Made by a program: the position numbers and the translations under genes
Shown here: positions 41,149 to 49,807 of the stretch, one piece after another
Layout: each line of letters starts with the position of its first letter
Position numbering within the stretch: the stretch's first letter is position 1
Notes under the pieces: generated by a model
The model's database searches: none
Told to the model about the DNA's origin: nothing
What the model saw: only the letters and a program-made list of their open reading frames with translations
From: Verrucomicrobiales bacterium
GTDB lineage: Bacteria > Verrucomicrobiota > Verrucomicrobiia > Limisphaerales > JAFMIX01
Assembly (NCBI GenBank): GCA_017853785.1
Contig: JAFMIX010000001.1
Location: forward strand, 1-61,612
DNA: 61,612 bases
Direction: 5' to 3'

Positions 41149-42603
41149 ATGAAAACAAATCAACTACTGTCATTGTTCGTCGCCGCCACTCTGCCGCTCC
41201 CGTCGTTGCGGGCCGAGGATGGTTGGATCAACCTGTTCAACGGAAAAAACCTCGATGGCTGGGAGCAGCACGGCGGCGCGGCCAAATACACCGTGGTGGA
41301 CGGTGTCATCGTGGGCGAATCTGTCCCGGACACGGGCAACAGCTTTCTTTGCCCCAAGGACAGTTTCGGCGACTTCGAGCTGGAGCTGGAATATCAGGTG
41401 GACGCCGCGCTCAATTCCGGCGTGATGTTCCGCAGCGAAGTCTTCCCGGACGCCCGCACCATCCGGGTCGACGGCAAGGACATCAAGCTCCCCGCCGACC
41501 GGATGCACGGCTATCAGTGCGAGATTGACATGGACCCCAAGCGCAACCGGATGTGGACCGCCGGCGTCTATGACGAAGCGCGTCGCAACTGGCTTTACCC
41601 CGGACGCTTGGGCGGCAGCGCCGATCAATTCACGGAGCAAGGCCGTAAAATCAGCAAGCCCGGCGAATGGAACAAGCTCCGCCTGCTGTGCGTCGGGCCC
41701 GCCATCAAGATCTGGCTCAACGGCGAACCGCGCGCCGACTTCTCCGACGCGATGACCCTGCGCGGGCGCATCGGGTTGCAGGTGCACGGCGTCGGCAAAG
41801 ACAAATCGAAGACTGGTCTGCACGCCAAGTTCCGCAACATCCGTCTCCGCGAAATCAAGGGAGAAGCCAAGAGCGCGGCCATCACCGATGAAAAACAAAC
41901 CAGCAACATCTTGAGCGAAGCGGAAAAAGCTGCCGGTTGGAAATTGCTTTGGGACGGCAAGACCACCGAAGGCTGGCGCAGCGCCAAGGCGGATGCCTTC
42001 CCCAACCGCGGCTGGAATATTCAGGATGGTGTCCTCGCCGTGAATGACAACAAAGGCGAAGAATCCACCGGTGGTGGCGACATCATCACCCGCGAGCGCT
42101 ACTCCAGCTTCGAGCTCGTGGCGGATTTCTGCATCACGCCCGGCGCGAACAGCGGCATCAAGTATTTCGTCCAGCCGAACCTGTCGCCCATCGACAAGGT
42201 CACGGGCAAACCCACCGGCGTCGGTTCGGCCATCGGCTGCGAGTTCCAGATTCTCGACGACGCCCGCCATCCGGACGCCAAGCTCGGGCGTGACGGCAAC
42301 CGCACCATCGGCTCGCTTTACGACTTGAAGACCGCCGCTGCCACCAAGGCCCCCAACCCCATCGGCGAATGGAACACCGCCCGCATCGTCGTGCGCGGCC
42401 CGCACGTCGAGCATTGGCTCAACGGTGCGAAGATTCTGGAATACGACCGCAACTCCGCCGCCTTCCGCGAGTTGGTCGCCGCCAGCAAATACAAGAACAT
42501 TCCCGGCTTCGGCGAATGGCCGGACGGGCACATCTTGTTGCAGGATCACGGCAACCCCGTCTCGTTCCGCAACCTCAAGATCCGCACTCTCGGCAACCAG
42601 TAA
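41149..42603 (+). CDS. secreted protein with two DUF1080 (3-keto-disaccharide hydrolase-like, PF06439) domains
   Basis: Signal peptide MKTNQLLSLFVAATLPLPSLRAEDGW. Two copies of the pattern GW..LFNGK.L.GW...W.V.DGVI...GDFEL..E.....NSG...R...EYQILD...G.LY...WN...I...G....H.LNG. Each half ends in F.N..IR.L. Confidence 0.8.
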   Translation: MKTNQLLSLFVAATLPLPSLRAEDGWINLFNGKNLDGWEQHGGAAKYTVVDGVIVGESVPDTGNSFLCPKDSFGDFELELEYQVDAALNSGVMFRSEVFPDARTIRVDGKDIKLPADRMHGYQCEIDMDPKRNRMWTAGVYDEARRNWLYPGRLGGSADQFTEQGRKISKPGEWNKLRLLCVGPAIKIWLNGEPRADFSDAMTLRGRIGLQVHGVGKDKSKTGLHAKFRNIRLREIKGEAKSAAITDEKQTSNILSEAEKAAGWKLLWDGKTTEGWRSAKADAFPNRGWNIQDGVLAVNDNKGEESTGGGDIITRERYSSFELVADFCITPGANSGIKYFVQPNLSPIDKVTGKPTGVGSAIGCEFQILDDARHPDAKLGRDGNRTIGSLYDLKTAAATKAPNPIGEWNTARIVVRGPHVEHWLNGAKILEYDRNSAAFRELVAASKYKNIPGFGEWPDGHILLQDHGNPVSFRNLKIRTLGNQ

Positions 42604-42632
42604 ATCTTTACCCGCCCACCACCAGGCCAAAT

Positions 42633-44087
42633 ATGAAATCACCCCGCCAAGCCCAGTTTCTCTCCGCCGCCATCCGCCGCCGCTCCTTCCTCAAGGGCGT
42701 GCTCGCTGCCGGAGCGCTCACCTCGCTGTCTCCGGCCGCCCTGTTCGCCGCCAAACCAAAAAGTGCTGCCGGGCAGCGCGTCAAACTCGCCTGTATCGGC
42801 ATCGGCAATCGCGGCGCGGAAGTGGTGAAGGCGCTCCACGAAACCGGTCTCGCCGAGGTGGTCGCGCTGTGTGACACGGACATGGGCGCGAAGCACACCG
42901 AAGGCGTCCTGAAAATGTTCCCGGCCGTTCCGCGCTTCCAGGATTTCCGGAAGCTGTTCGACAAGATGGGCAAGGACATCGAGGCGGTCAGCGTCGCGAC
43001 GCCGGACTTCTCGCATTTTCCCATCAGCATGCTGGCGATGTCCCTCGGCAAACACGTCTACGTCGAGAAGCCGATGGCGCACAGCTTCCGCCAGATCGAA
43101 CTGATGATGGCCGCCGAAAAGAAATACCACGTCGCCTGCCAGATGGGCAACCAAGGCCATTCGGATGCAAACTACTTCCAGTTCAAAGCCTGGACTGAAG
43201 CCGGCATCATCAAGAACGTCACCAAGATCACGGCGTTCATGAACAACCCCCGCCGTTGGCATGACACGGCAAATTTTGCCTTCAGCAAATTCACCGATTA
43301 CCTCCCCGAAGAACCCGTGCCCGCCACCCTCGACTGGGATTGCTGGCTCGCGTCCGCCGAGGCGCACAAATACAACACCGGCTACATCAACGGCGAATGG
43401 CGTTCCTGGTTCGACTTCGGCAACGGTGCGCTCGGCGACTGGGGCGCGCACATCTTCGATACGGCGCATGAGTTCCTGGATCTGGGGCTGCCGACCGAAG
43501 TGGAAGCCGTGAAGCTCGAAGGACTCAACCGCTTCATCTTCCCGCAGGCCTCCACGCTCGCCTTCCGCTTCCCGGCGCGCGGTGCGCAGCCGCCATGTGA
43601 GCTGACTTGGTATGACGGTGTGAAGAACCTCCCGCCGCTGCCCGGCAACTTTGGCGAGGCGGTGGTGGATCCCAACATCCCGCCGCCGGCCAAAGGCAAG
43701 ATTGACACCAAGAAAGCCCCTCCCGGCAAAGTGATCTACGGCGAAGGCCTGACCTTCAAGGGCGGTTCGCACGGCTCGACGCTCCAGATTCTCCCGGACG
43801 CCGCCGCCGCAGACATCACCAGTAAGCTGCCAAAAGTCCCGAAGAGTCCATCCAACCATTTCGCGAACTTCCTGAAATCCGCCGCCGGCGAGGAGCAGAC
43901 CCGTTCCAACTTCGCTGTGGCCGGGCCGCTCTGCCAGGCGATGGCCATCGGCATCATCGCCCAACGCGTGAACGCCAAACTGATCTTCGACCGCGCCACC
44001 AAGCAGATCACCAACCACAAGCTCGCCAACGAGCTGCTCGCCGGCGTGCCGCCGCGCAAGGAATGGGAGCAGTTCTACAAGCTGTGA
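42633..44087 (+). CDS. Tat-signal Gfo/Idh/MocA-family oxidoreductase (periplasmic)
   Basis: From ATG 42633: MKSPRQAQFLSAAIRRRSFLKGVLAAGA (twin-arginine motif), then the Rossmann segment VKLACIGIGNRGAEV...VALCD...ATPDFSHFPISMLAMSLGKHVYVEKP. Confidence 0.85.
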   Translation: MKSPRQAQFLSAAIRRRSFLKGVLAAGALTSLSPAALFAAKPKSAAGQRVKLACIGIGNRGAEVVKALHETGLAEVVALCDTDMGAKHTEGVLKMFPAVPRFQDFRKLFDKMGKDIEAVSVATPDFSHFPISMLAMSLGKHVYVEKPMAHSFRQIELMMAAEKKYHVACQMGNQGHSDANYFQFKAWTEAGIIKNVTKITAFMNNPRRWHDTANFAFSKFTDYLPEEPVPATLDWDCWLASAEAHKYNTGYINGEWRSWFDFGNGALGDWGAHIFDTAHEFLDLGLPTEVEAVKLEGLNRFIFPQASTLAFRFPARGAQPPCELTWYDGVKNLPPLPGNFGEAVVDPNIPPPAKGKIDTKKAPPGKVIYGEGLTFKGGSHGSTLQILPDAAAADITSKLPKVPKSPSNHFANFLKSAAGEEQTRSNFAVAGPLCQAMAIGIIAQRVNAKLIFDRATKQITNHKLANELLAGVPPRKEWEQFYKL

Positions 44088-44113
44088 GGCCGGGCGGAAG
44101 CATCCAATGCCAG

Positions 44114-44144
44114 AACCCGCGCCGCCTCCGGCGCGGGTTTTTAC
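44114..44144 (+). terminator. putative rho-independent terminator/attenuator between the two oxidoreductase genes
   Basis: ACCCGCGCCGcctcCGGCGCGGGTtttt: a 10-bp perfect GC stem, a 4-nt loop and a short T-run, 27 nt after the stop at 44087 and before ATG 44158. Confidence 0.55.
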
Positions 44145-44157
44145 CAGCCTTGCGCAA

Positions 44158-45495
44158 ATGAATTCCTCCCGGCAATTCACCCGCCGGCGGTTTCTGGCCA
44201 CCGCCGGCCCGGCGCTCGCCGCCCCGTTCATCCTGCCCGGTTGCGCGGTGGGCGGTCGTGATCGCCTGCAACCTTCTGACCGCATCACCCTCGGCTTCAT
44301 CGGCACGGGCACGCAGGGCAAGGCTTTGCTCCGCGCTTTTCTGCCGCGCCCGGATGTGCAGGTGCTTGCGGTCTGTGATGTGGACGCCAACCGCCGCGTC
44401 CACGCCCAAAACCTCGTCGCCCAACTCGCTCCCGCCGCCGCCGCGTCCCGCTGCGCCGCTTACAATGATTTCCGCGACCTGCTCGCGCGGTCTGACATCG
44501 ACGGCGTGGTGATCGCCACGCCAGACCACTGGCACGCGCTCATCGCCATCGCCGCCGCCAAGGCGGGCAAGGATATTTATTGCGAGAAGCCGATGAACCA
44601 CACCATCCGCGAAGGCCGCGCGATGGTGGACGCCGTGCGCGCCCACGACCGGATGTTGCAGGTCGGCAGTATGCAGCGTTCGATGAGCCAGTTCCGCGCC
44701 GCCGCAGAACTGATCCGCAACGGCCTTTTGGGAAAAGTTGACCGGGTGGAAATCGCTCTCACTGGTTCCGCCAAGGGGCTGCCCGCTGTCCCCTGCGACC
44801 TGCCGGCGGAAAAACCGGAGCCCGGACTGGATTGGGATCTCTGGCTTGGCCCGGCGCCACGGCATCCCTACAACTCCATCCTCAGCCCGCGGGGCTTGCA
44901 CAAAGGCTACCCGCAATGGCGGCACTACCGCGAATACGGCGGCGGCGGCATCGCGGACTGGGGCGCGCACCATCTGGACATCGTGCATTGGGCTTTTGAT
45001 TTTGACGCGAGCGGGCCGGTGGAGGTTTTGCCGGCGCCCGAACCCGAGGCGGTCTCCGGCGTGCGCGTGCGCTACGCGACCGGGTTGGAAGTCACCCATA
45101 TCCCGGACGGAAACGGCATCACCTTCCACGGCGCTGCGGGAAAGATTTTTGTCAGCCGCGAAAAATTCCAGGTCTGGCTGGAGGGCAAACTGAAGGCGAA
45201 AGACGTTGACGCCGGCCCGCGCCTCTTGAAGGAAGCGCTGCCCGCGAACGCCGTCCGGCTGTATCGCAGCAGCAATCATCTCACCGATTGGCTCAACAGC
45301 ATGCGCACCCGCCGGTTGCCGTTGTGCGACGTGGAGACCGGCCACCGCTCCGCCACCGCCTGCAACCTGATGAATCTCGCCTACTACCATCACGAGCGCA
45401 TCCAGTGGAATCCGGAGACGGAAGAATTCGCCGGCGGCGCCGGCAACCCCGCGTGGCTCACCCGCGAATACCGCGCCCCGTGGCGCTTGGGGTAG
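44158..45495 (+). CDS. Tat-signal Gfo/Idh/MocA-family oxidoreductase (periplasmic; possible lipoprotein)
   Basis: From ATG 44158: MNSSRQFTRRRFLATAGPALAAPFILPGCAVG (Tat motif, with an LPGC lipobox-like site), then ITLGFIGTGTQGKAL...AVCDVD...ATPDHWHALIAIAAAKAGKDIYCEKP. Confidence 0.85.
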   Translation: MNSSRQFTRRRFLATAGPALAAPFILPGCAVGGRDRLQPSDRITLGFIGTGTQGKALLRAFLPRPDVQVLAVCDVDANRRVHAQNLVAQLAPAAAASRCAAYNDFRDLLARSDIDGVVIATPDHWHALIAIAAAKAGKDIYCEKPMNHTIREGRAMVDAVRAHDRMLQVGSMQRSMSQFRAAAELIRNGLLGKVDRVEIALTGSAKGLPAVPCDLPAEKPEPGLDWDLWLGPAPRHPYNSILSPRGLHKGYPQWRHYREYGGGGIADWGAHHLDIVHWAFDFDASGPVEVLPAPEPEAVSGVRVRYATGLEVTHIPDGNGITFHGAAGKIFVSREKFQVWLEGKLKAKDVDAGPRLLKEALPANAVRLYRSSNHLTDWLNSMRTRRLPLCDVETGHRSATACNLMNLAYYHHERIQWNPETEEFAGGAGNPAWLTREYRAPWRLG

Positions 45496-45661
45496 CCGCA
45501 GACGAGACGCGTATCACTGTTGGAGTTCCAGCCCGTGGTCGCAGTCATTCCGAAACACGCTGAAGCGTGACTTCCAACGGATGCTGCCGCTCCGCTTCAA
45601 TTTCTCCTTTTATCCCACCGCAAGGTTGACCCGACCGCGCCGCCTCGCTAGCGTCAACGGC

Positions 45662-46414
45662 ATGATTCCTCGAATTATTCTCGTAGTCGCCGGATTGCTT
45701 CTCTCCAGCATGACGTTTTTCGTTGCGGCGGCGGATGCCAAGCCGGTGCGGGCGCTGCTGATCACCGGTGGTTGCTGCCACAATTACCCGTTCCAAGCCC
45801 AGCAACTCACCAACGCCCTCGCCAAACTCACGCCGGTCGAGTGGACGATTGTCATGGAGGGCAAAGGCACCCAGGCTGAAATCTCGCTTTATGACCGTCC
45901 CGATTGGGCGAAGGGCTTCGATGTGGTGGTGCACAACGAATGTTTTGCCAACACCACCAACCAAGCCTACATCCGCAAGATCACGAGCGCGCATCGGGCT
46001 GGAACTCCGGCGGTGGTGATCCATTGCGCGATGCACACCTATCGGGCAACGGCCATTGATGACTGGCGCGAGTTTCTCGGGGTGACCAGTCGGCGGCACG
46101 ACCATCAGGGGAAATATCCAGTCAAGCTGGTGGCGGCGGATCACGTCATCCTCAACGGACTCGTTTCCAGTTGGGTGACACCCATGGACGAGCTTTACGT
46201 CATCGAGAAACTCTGGCCGAACGCGACCGCGCTGGCGACCTCCCTGAGCGAGCAGGACGGCAAGACCTATCCCGTGGCGTGGGTCAACCAATATGGCAAA
46301 GCCCGTGTTTTCGGCACGACCTTCGGCCACTCCGACGACGCGTGGCGCGATGAGAATTTCCTCAAGCTCGTCGCGCGCGGCACGCTTTGGGCCGCCGGCC
46401 GGCTGGAAAAATAG
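45662..46414 (+). CDS. secreted ThuA-domain (trehalose-utilisation-like) protein
   Basis: From ATG 45662: signal peptide MIPRIILVVAGLLLSSMTFFVAAADA, then VRALLITGGCCHNYP...FDVVVHNECF...VVIHCAMHTYR...DELYVIEKLWP...VFGTTFGHSDDAW; the ThuA-like pattern. Confidence 0.75.
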   Translation: MIPRIILVVAGLLLSSMTFFVAAADAKPVRALLITGGCCHNYPFQAQQLTNALAKLTPVEWTIVMEGKGTQAEISLYDRPDWAKGFDVVVHNECFANTTNQAYIRKITSAHRAGTPAVVIHCAMHTYRATAIDDWREFLGVTSRRHDHQGKYPVKLVAADHVILNGLVSSWVTPMDELYVIEKLWPNATALATSLSEQDGKTYPVAWVNQYGKARVFGTTFGHSDDAWRDENFLKLVARGTLWAAGRLEK

Positions 46415-46426
46415 CCCGCTGGGGAA

Positions 46427-47761
46427 CTAGCCGCCCAATGTGGTCGGGTCGGTCACGTCGCCTTTGTTGTAGTCCACGTAGGCCTCAGTCAGATCGGCGG
46501 CATACATCACAGCGGCAGCTTTGCCGAGGTTCAGGTTGATATGCAGCTCGAATTCCTTCGGCGCTACGGCGAGGCACAGCTGCTTGAACGTCGCCTTCGT
46601 CGGCTGGCCGCGCTTCAAGCTCCAGAGAATTTGCTTTCCCCCGGGCGCACTGTAGCCGATGTCGATCTTATCCTCCACCACCGTCGCGGGCGAGTAGCCG
46701 ATGGCATCAATGATGCGTCCCCAATTGGGGTCGCCGCCGTGCCAGCTGGTCTTCACCAGCGCGCTGTTCGCCACCGCGCGGGCGGCGGCATCGGCGTCTT
46801 GGATCGTCTTCGCGCCGTTCACGCGCACGGTCACAACGCGGTGCACGCCTTCGCCGTCGCGCACGATCATCTTCGCAAGTTCGAGGCAGACATGCGTCAG
46901 CGCCGCTTGAAATAATCTGAATTCCGCACTCCGCACTCCGCACTCCGCATTTCCCGCGAGTCCGTTGGCTAGCACCAGCACCGTGTCGTTCGTGCTCATG
47001 TCGCCGTCCACAGTGATGCGGTTGAAACTGTGCGCCACGGCTTCGCGCAGCGCGGCCTGCAACGCTTTCGCTTCAATCGCCGCGTCGGTGGTGATGAAGC
47101 CGAGCATCGTCGCGTGGAGTCCGCCGTGCGGCAACGCGGCGGGCCGCGCGCCCGTCGCGCTCATGCCGGGCTGGATCATGCCCGCGCCTTTGCAGATGCC
47201 GCCGATACGGACGGTCTTGCCGCCCAGCTTGAATTCAATGGCGACCTGCTTCTGCTTGGAATCGCTGGTCATGATGGCTTCCGCCGCTTCATCGGCTTGG
47301 GCGGGCGCGTTGCCGAGCAGTTGCGCGGCGGCGAGAATTCCGCGCTTCACGTTCGCCATTGGCATGGTGACGCCGATGCGCCCGGTGCTGCCGACGAGGA
47401 CGTGTTGCTCGGGCATGTGCAATTGCTTGGCGAGCACGGCGGTCATTTCGCGGGCATCCTTCATGCCCTGGCGACCGGTGCAGGCATTGGCGTTGCCGCT
47501 GTTCACGACGACGGCGTGCGCGACGCCATGGTTCACGCGCTCGACGCAGACCTTCACCGGCGCGGCGCAGACCTGGTTCGTGGTGAACATGCCCGCGACG
47601 GCGGCGGGGACTTCGGAGACGATAAGCGCGAGGTCGCGCTTCGGGCCTTTGTTTGAGCCTTTGCCGGTGCCGAGGCGTTTGATGTCACAGAACACGCCGC
47701 TCGCGAGAAAGCCTTGCGGAGCGACGATCGAACCTTTGATGGATTTGAACTTCAGTTTCAT
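46427..47761 (-). CDS. argJ: bifunctional glutamate N-acetyltransferase/amino-acid N-acetyltransferase
   Basis: GFLASGVFCDIK...TTNQVCAAPV...GLHATMLGFITTDA (autoproteolytic T site)...IVRDGEGVHRVVTV...HGGDPNWGRI; the canonical ArgJ. Confidence 0.95.
   Translation of the reverse strand: MKLKFKSIKGSIVAPQGFLASGVFCDIKRLGTGKGSNKGPKRDLALIVSEVPAAVAGMFTTNQVCAAPVKVCVERVNHGVAHAVVVNSGNANACTGRQGMKDAREMTAVLAKQLHMPEQHVLVGSTGRIGVTMPMANVKRGILAAAQLLGNAPAQADEAAEAIMTSDSKQKQVAIEFKLGGKTVRIGGICKGAGMIQPGMSATGARPAALPHGGLHATMLGFITTDAAIEAKALQAALREAVAHSFNRITVDGDMSTNDTVLVLANGLAGNAECGVRSAEFRLFQAALTHVCLELAKMIVRDGEGVHRVVTVRVNGAKTIQDADAAARAVANSALVKTSWHGGDPNWGRIIDAIGYSPATVVEDKIDIGYSAPGGKQILWSLKRGQPTKATFKQLCLAVAPKEFELHINLNLGKAAAVMYAADLTEAYVDYNKGDVTDPTTLGG
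46910..46951. repeat. tandem 7-bp repeat (about 4 copies) plus an A/T-rich flank inside the argJ coding sequence
   Basis: gaaataatctgaatt, then ccgcact (46924-46930), ccgcact (46931-46937), ccgcact (46938-46944) and ccgcatt (46945-46951). Encodes ...GNAECGVRSAEFRLFQ... in a variable ArgJ loop. Confidence 0.85.
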
Positions 47762-47774
47762 TTCTTCGGAAAAT

Positions 47775-47836
47775 TGAACAACAAAGAATCAAAGGAACAA
47801 AGTTTTTTCCCTTCGTGCGTTTGTTTCTTGGTTGTC
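47775..47836. repeat. A/T-rich imperfect hairpin (family C) between the methyltransferase gene and argJ
   Basis: tgaacaacaaagaatcaaaggaacaaag ... cgtttgtttcttggttgtc. The arms are imperfectly complementary with one indel. The right arm overlaps the TGA stop (47835-47837) of the methyltransferase gene. Confidence 0.55.
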
Positions 47837-48632
47837 AGATTCTTTCGGCCTGGATTTCGAGCCGCACCATGCGGACGTGAACCAGCCCCGTGGCGTCCGC
47901 AGGGTGCTTGGCAAGGTAGCGGGCGGTGACCGCGGCGATGAATTCCTCGCGTAGATTTTCCGGCACGCGCTGGGTGTAGGGCAGCCAGGTCGTGCGCAGC
48001 CAGGTGGCAAAAGCTTCCGCGCCGGCGTAGGTGGCGTCCTTGGCTTCCAGCTCGATGTGTCTCGGTTTGAAGCCGCAACGCGGCAGCCATTTTTCGTAAT
48101 CCTCGGGCGCGTAAAAGAAATACGGCAGCGGCATTTTGCGGAAGTATTGCCGCCAGCGTGCCAACCGCATCTCGGGCCGCAGCGCGAGGAAGCCATCGTG
48201 GGCATTGCCCTTGCCGCCGCAGGAGACGATGAGCCGCCCGCCGGGCTTGAGTGCGGCGCCAGCGCAGCGCAGAAATGCTTGGTGGTCGTCCACCCAATGC
48301 AGCGCAGCGTTGGAAAACAACAGGTCGAAGGGCTTGGCGAAGTGGAATGCGCGGGCGTCGGCGGTCTGGAATTTGAGGTTTGGATTCGCTGTGGCCGGAA
48401 ATGTCTTGCGCGCGAAGCGGATCATCTCCGCCGAATCGTCCACGCCCACAACCTGGCCGCGCGGCACGGTTCTGGCGAGTTCTGCCGTCACTTTGCCGTC
48501 GCCGCAGCCGACGTCGAGAACACGCTCGTCTCCATGCAACTTGAGGCGGGCGATGAGTTCGCGCGCCCAAGCAAGCTGAACGGCGGAGTTGGCGGCGTAG
48601 TCCGCCGCGTCCCATTTAGAAGTGCTGGCCAC
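47835..48632 (-). CDS. class I SAM-dependent methyltransferase (trans-aconitate methyltransferase Tam-like)
   Basis: MASTSKWDAADYAANSAVQLAWARELIARL...RVLDVGCGDGKVTAELA...VVGVDDSAEMI...FDLLFSNAALHWV; the Tam-like N-terminus and SAM motif I. Confidence 0.8.
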   Translation of the reverse strand: MASTSKWDAADYAANSAVQLAWARELIARLKLHGDERVLDVGCGDGKVTAELARTVPRGQVVGVDDSAEMIRFARKTFPATANPNLKFQTADARAFHFAKPFDLLFSNAALHWVDDHQAFLRCAGAALKPGGRLIVSCGGKGNAHDGFLALRPEMRLARWRQYFRKMPLPYFFYAPEDYEKWLPRCGFKPRHIELEAKDATYAGAEAFATWLRTTWLPYTQRVPENLREEFIAAVTARYLAKHPADATGLVHVRMVRLEIQAERI

Positions 48633-48634
48633 GG

Positions 48635-49696
48635 TCAGACGAGCCCCGCCGTCTCCGGCCAGCCACAGACGAGGTTCATGCTTTGCACGGCCTGACCGCT
48701 GGCGCCTTTGACGAGGTTGTCTTCGGCGCTCAGGACGATGAGCCGGCCGGTGCGGGGGTCAAGCCGCCACGCGATCTCGCAGACGTTCGTGCCGACGACG
48801 TTCTTGGTGTCGGGCAGCGCCTTGCCTTCGAGCAGCCGCACAAAGGGTTCGTTCGCATAAGCTTTGACGTAGCACGCGGCGATTTTTTCGCCGAGCGCGG
48901 CGGCTTCGGCGGCGGTGGTAAAATTTTTTTCCGGCGCGAGGTAAAGCGTGGTGTGGATGCCGCGGTTGACGGGAATCAGGTGCGGCGTGAACTGGAGCGT
49001 CACCTTCGTGCCGGCGGCGAGCGAAAGTTCCTGCTCGATCTCCGACAAGTGCCGGTGCTTCGGCACGCCGTAGGCGCGGACGCTTTCGTTACACTCGCAA
49101 AACAGGTAATCCACCTCGGCTTTGCGGCCCGCGCCGCTGACGCCGCTGAGGGAGTCGGCGATGATGCCGGCGGGATTGATGAGTCCGGCTTGCAGCAGCG
49201 GAATGAGCGGCAACAATATGCTCGTGGGATAGCAGCCCGGCGCGGCGACGAGCTGGGCGGTTTTGATTTCCTTGCGGTAAACTTCCGGCAGGCCATAGAC
49301 CGCCTTCGCGAGGAGTTCCGGTGCGGGATGGTCATGGGCGTAAAATTCCTTGTAGACCTCGGCGCTCCGCAGGCGGAAATCAGCGCTCAAGTCGATGACC
49401 TGGCAGCCGAGTTGCAACAGCGGCACGGCGAACTCGGCCGCGACGCCGTGGGGCAGCGCGAGGAAGACGATGTCCGCTTGCTTGGCGAGGACTTCAGCGT
49501 TCGGCTCGCTGAACCGGAGCGTCTTGGATTTCGGATGGCTGGCGAACTTGGGAAAGATTTGTGCGAGCGGCTGCCCGGCGTTCTGGCGCGAGGTGACGGC
49601 GACGAGTTCCGCGTGCGGATGGTTCAGGAGCAATTGCACGAGGACTTCTCCGGAGTAACCGGACGCGCCGACGATGGCAGCCTTTTTGGTTTTCAT
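48635..49696 (-). CDS. argC: N-acetyl-gamma-glutamyl-phosphate reductase
   Basis: AAIVGASGYSGEVLVQLLLNHPH...APGCYPTS (active-site Cys)...GVSGAGRK...DNLVKGASGQAVQ; the canonical ArgC. Confidence 0.95.
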   Translation of the reverse strand: MKTKKAAIVGASGYSGEVLVQLLLNHPHAELVAVTSRQNAGQPLAQIFPKFASHPKSKTLRFSEPNAEVLAKQADIVFLALPHGVAAEFAVPLLQLGCQVIDLSADFRLRSAEVYKEFYAHDHPAPELLAKAVYGLPEVYRKEIKTAQLVAAPGCYPTSILLPLIPLLQAGLINPAGIIADSLSGVSGAGRKAEVDYLFCECNESVRAYGVPKHRHLSEIEQELSLAAGTKVTLQFTPHLIPVNRGIHTTLYLAPEKNFTTAAEAAALGEKIAACYVKAYANEPFVRLLEGKALPDTKNVVGTNVCEIAWRLDPRTGRLIVLSAEDNLVKGASGQAVQSMNLVCGWPETAGLV

Positions 49697-49807
49697 GCCG
49701 GCGAATCTAATGAATTTGGCGGGGCTTGACGAAGGATTTCTGTTCCACCGCCCGCGCTAGAAATAATTTCAAAGGGGCGCGGCCGGCCCGTCAAAGCCGG
49801 CGGCGGT

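Noticed and set aside
41170-45393. Three long minus-strand ORFs (41170-42642, 42639-44390, 44008-45393; 461-583 aa).
   Set aside because: They are antisense to the DUF1080 gene and the two Gfo/Idh/MocA genes, whose signal peptides and Rossmann motifs identify the plus strand as coding.
26131-46951. Whether the heptamer arrays at 26147-26167 and 46924-46951, or the hairpin repeats, represent a CRISPR array or a mobile-element terminus.
   Set aside because: The units are 7 bp and directly tandem with no spacers. The hairpins are single copies without flanking transposase or integrase genes or target-site duplications that I can see. There are no cas genes in the window.
47835-48632. The Tam-like methyltransferase as a functional member of the arginine pathway, because it sits between argC and argJ.
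   Set aside because: No methylation step exists in arginine biosynthesis. The adjacency is better explained as an insertion into the cluster (see the arg-cluster finding).
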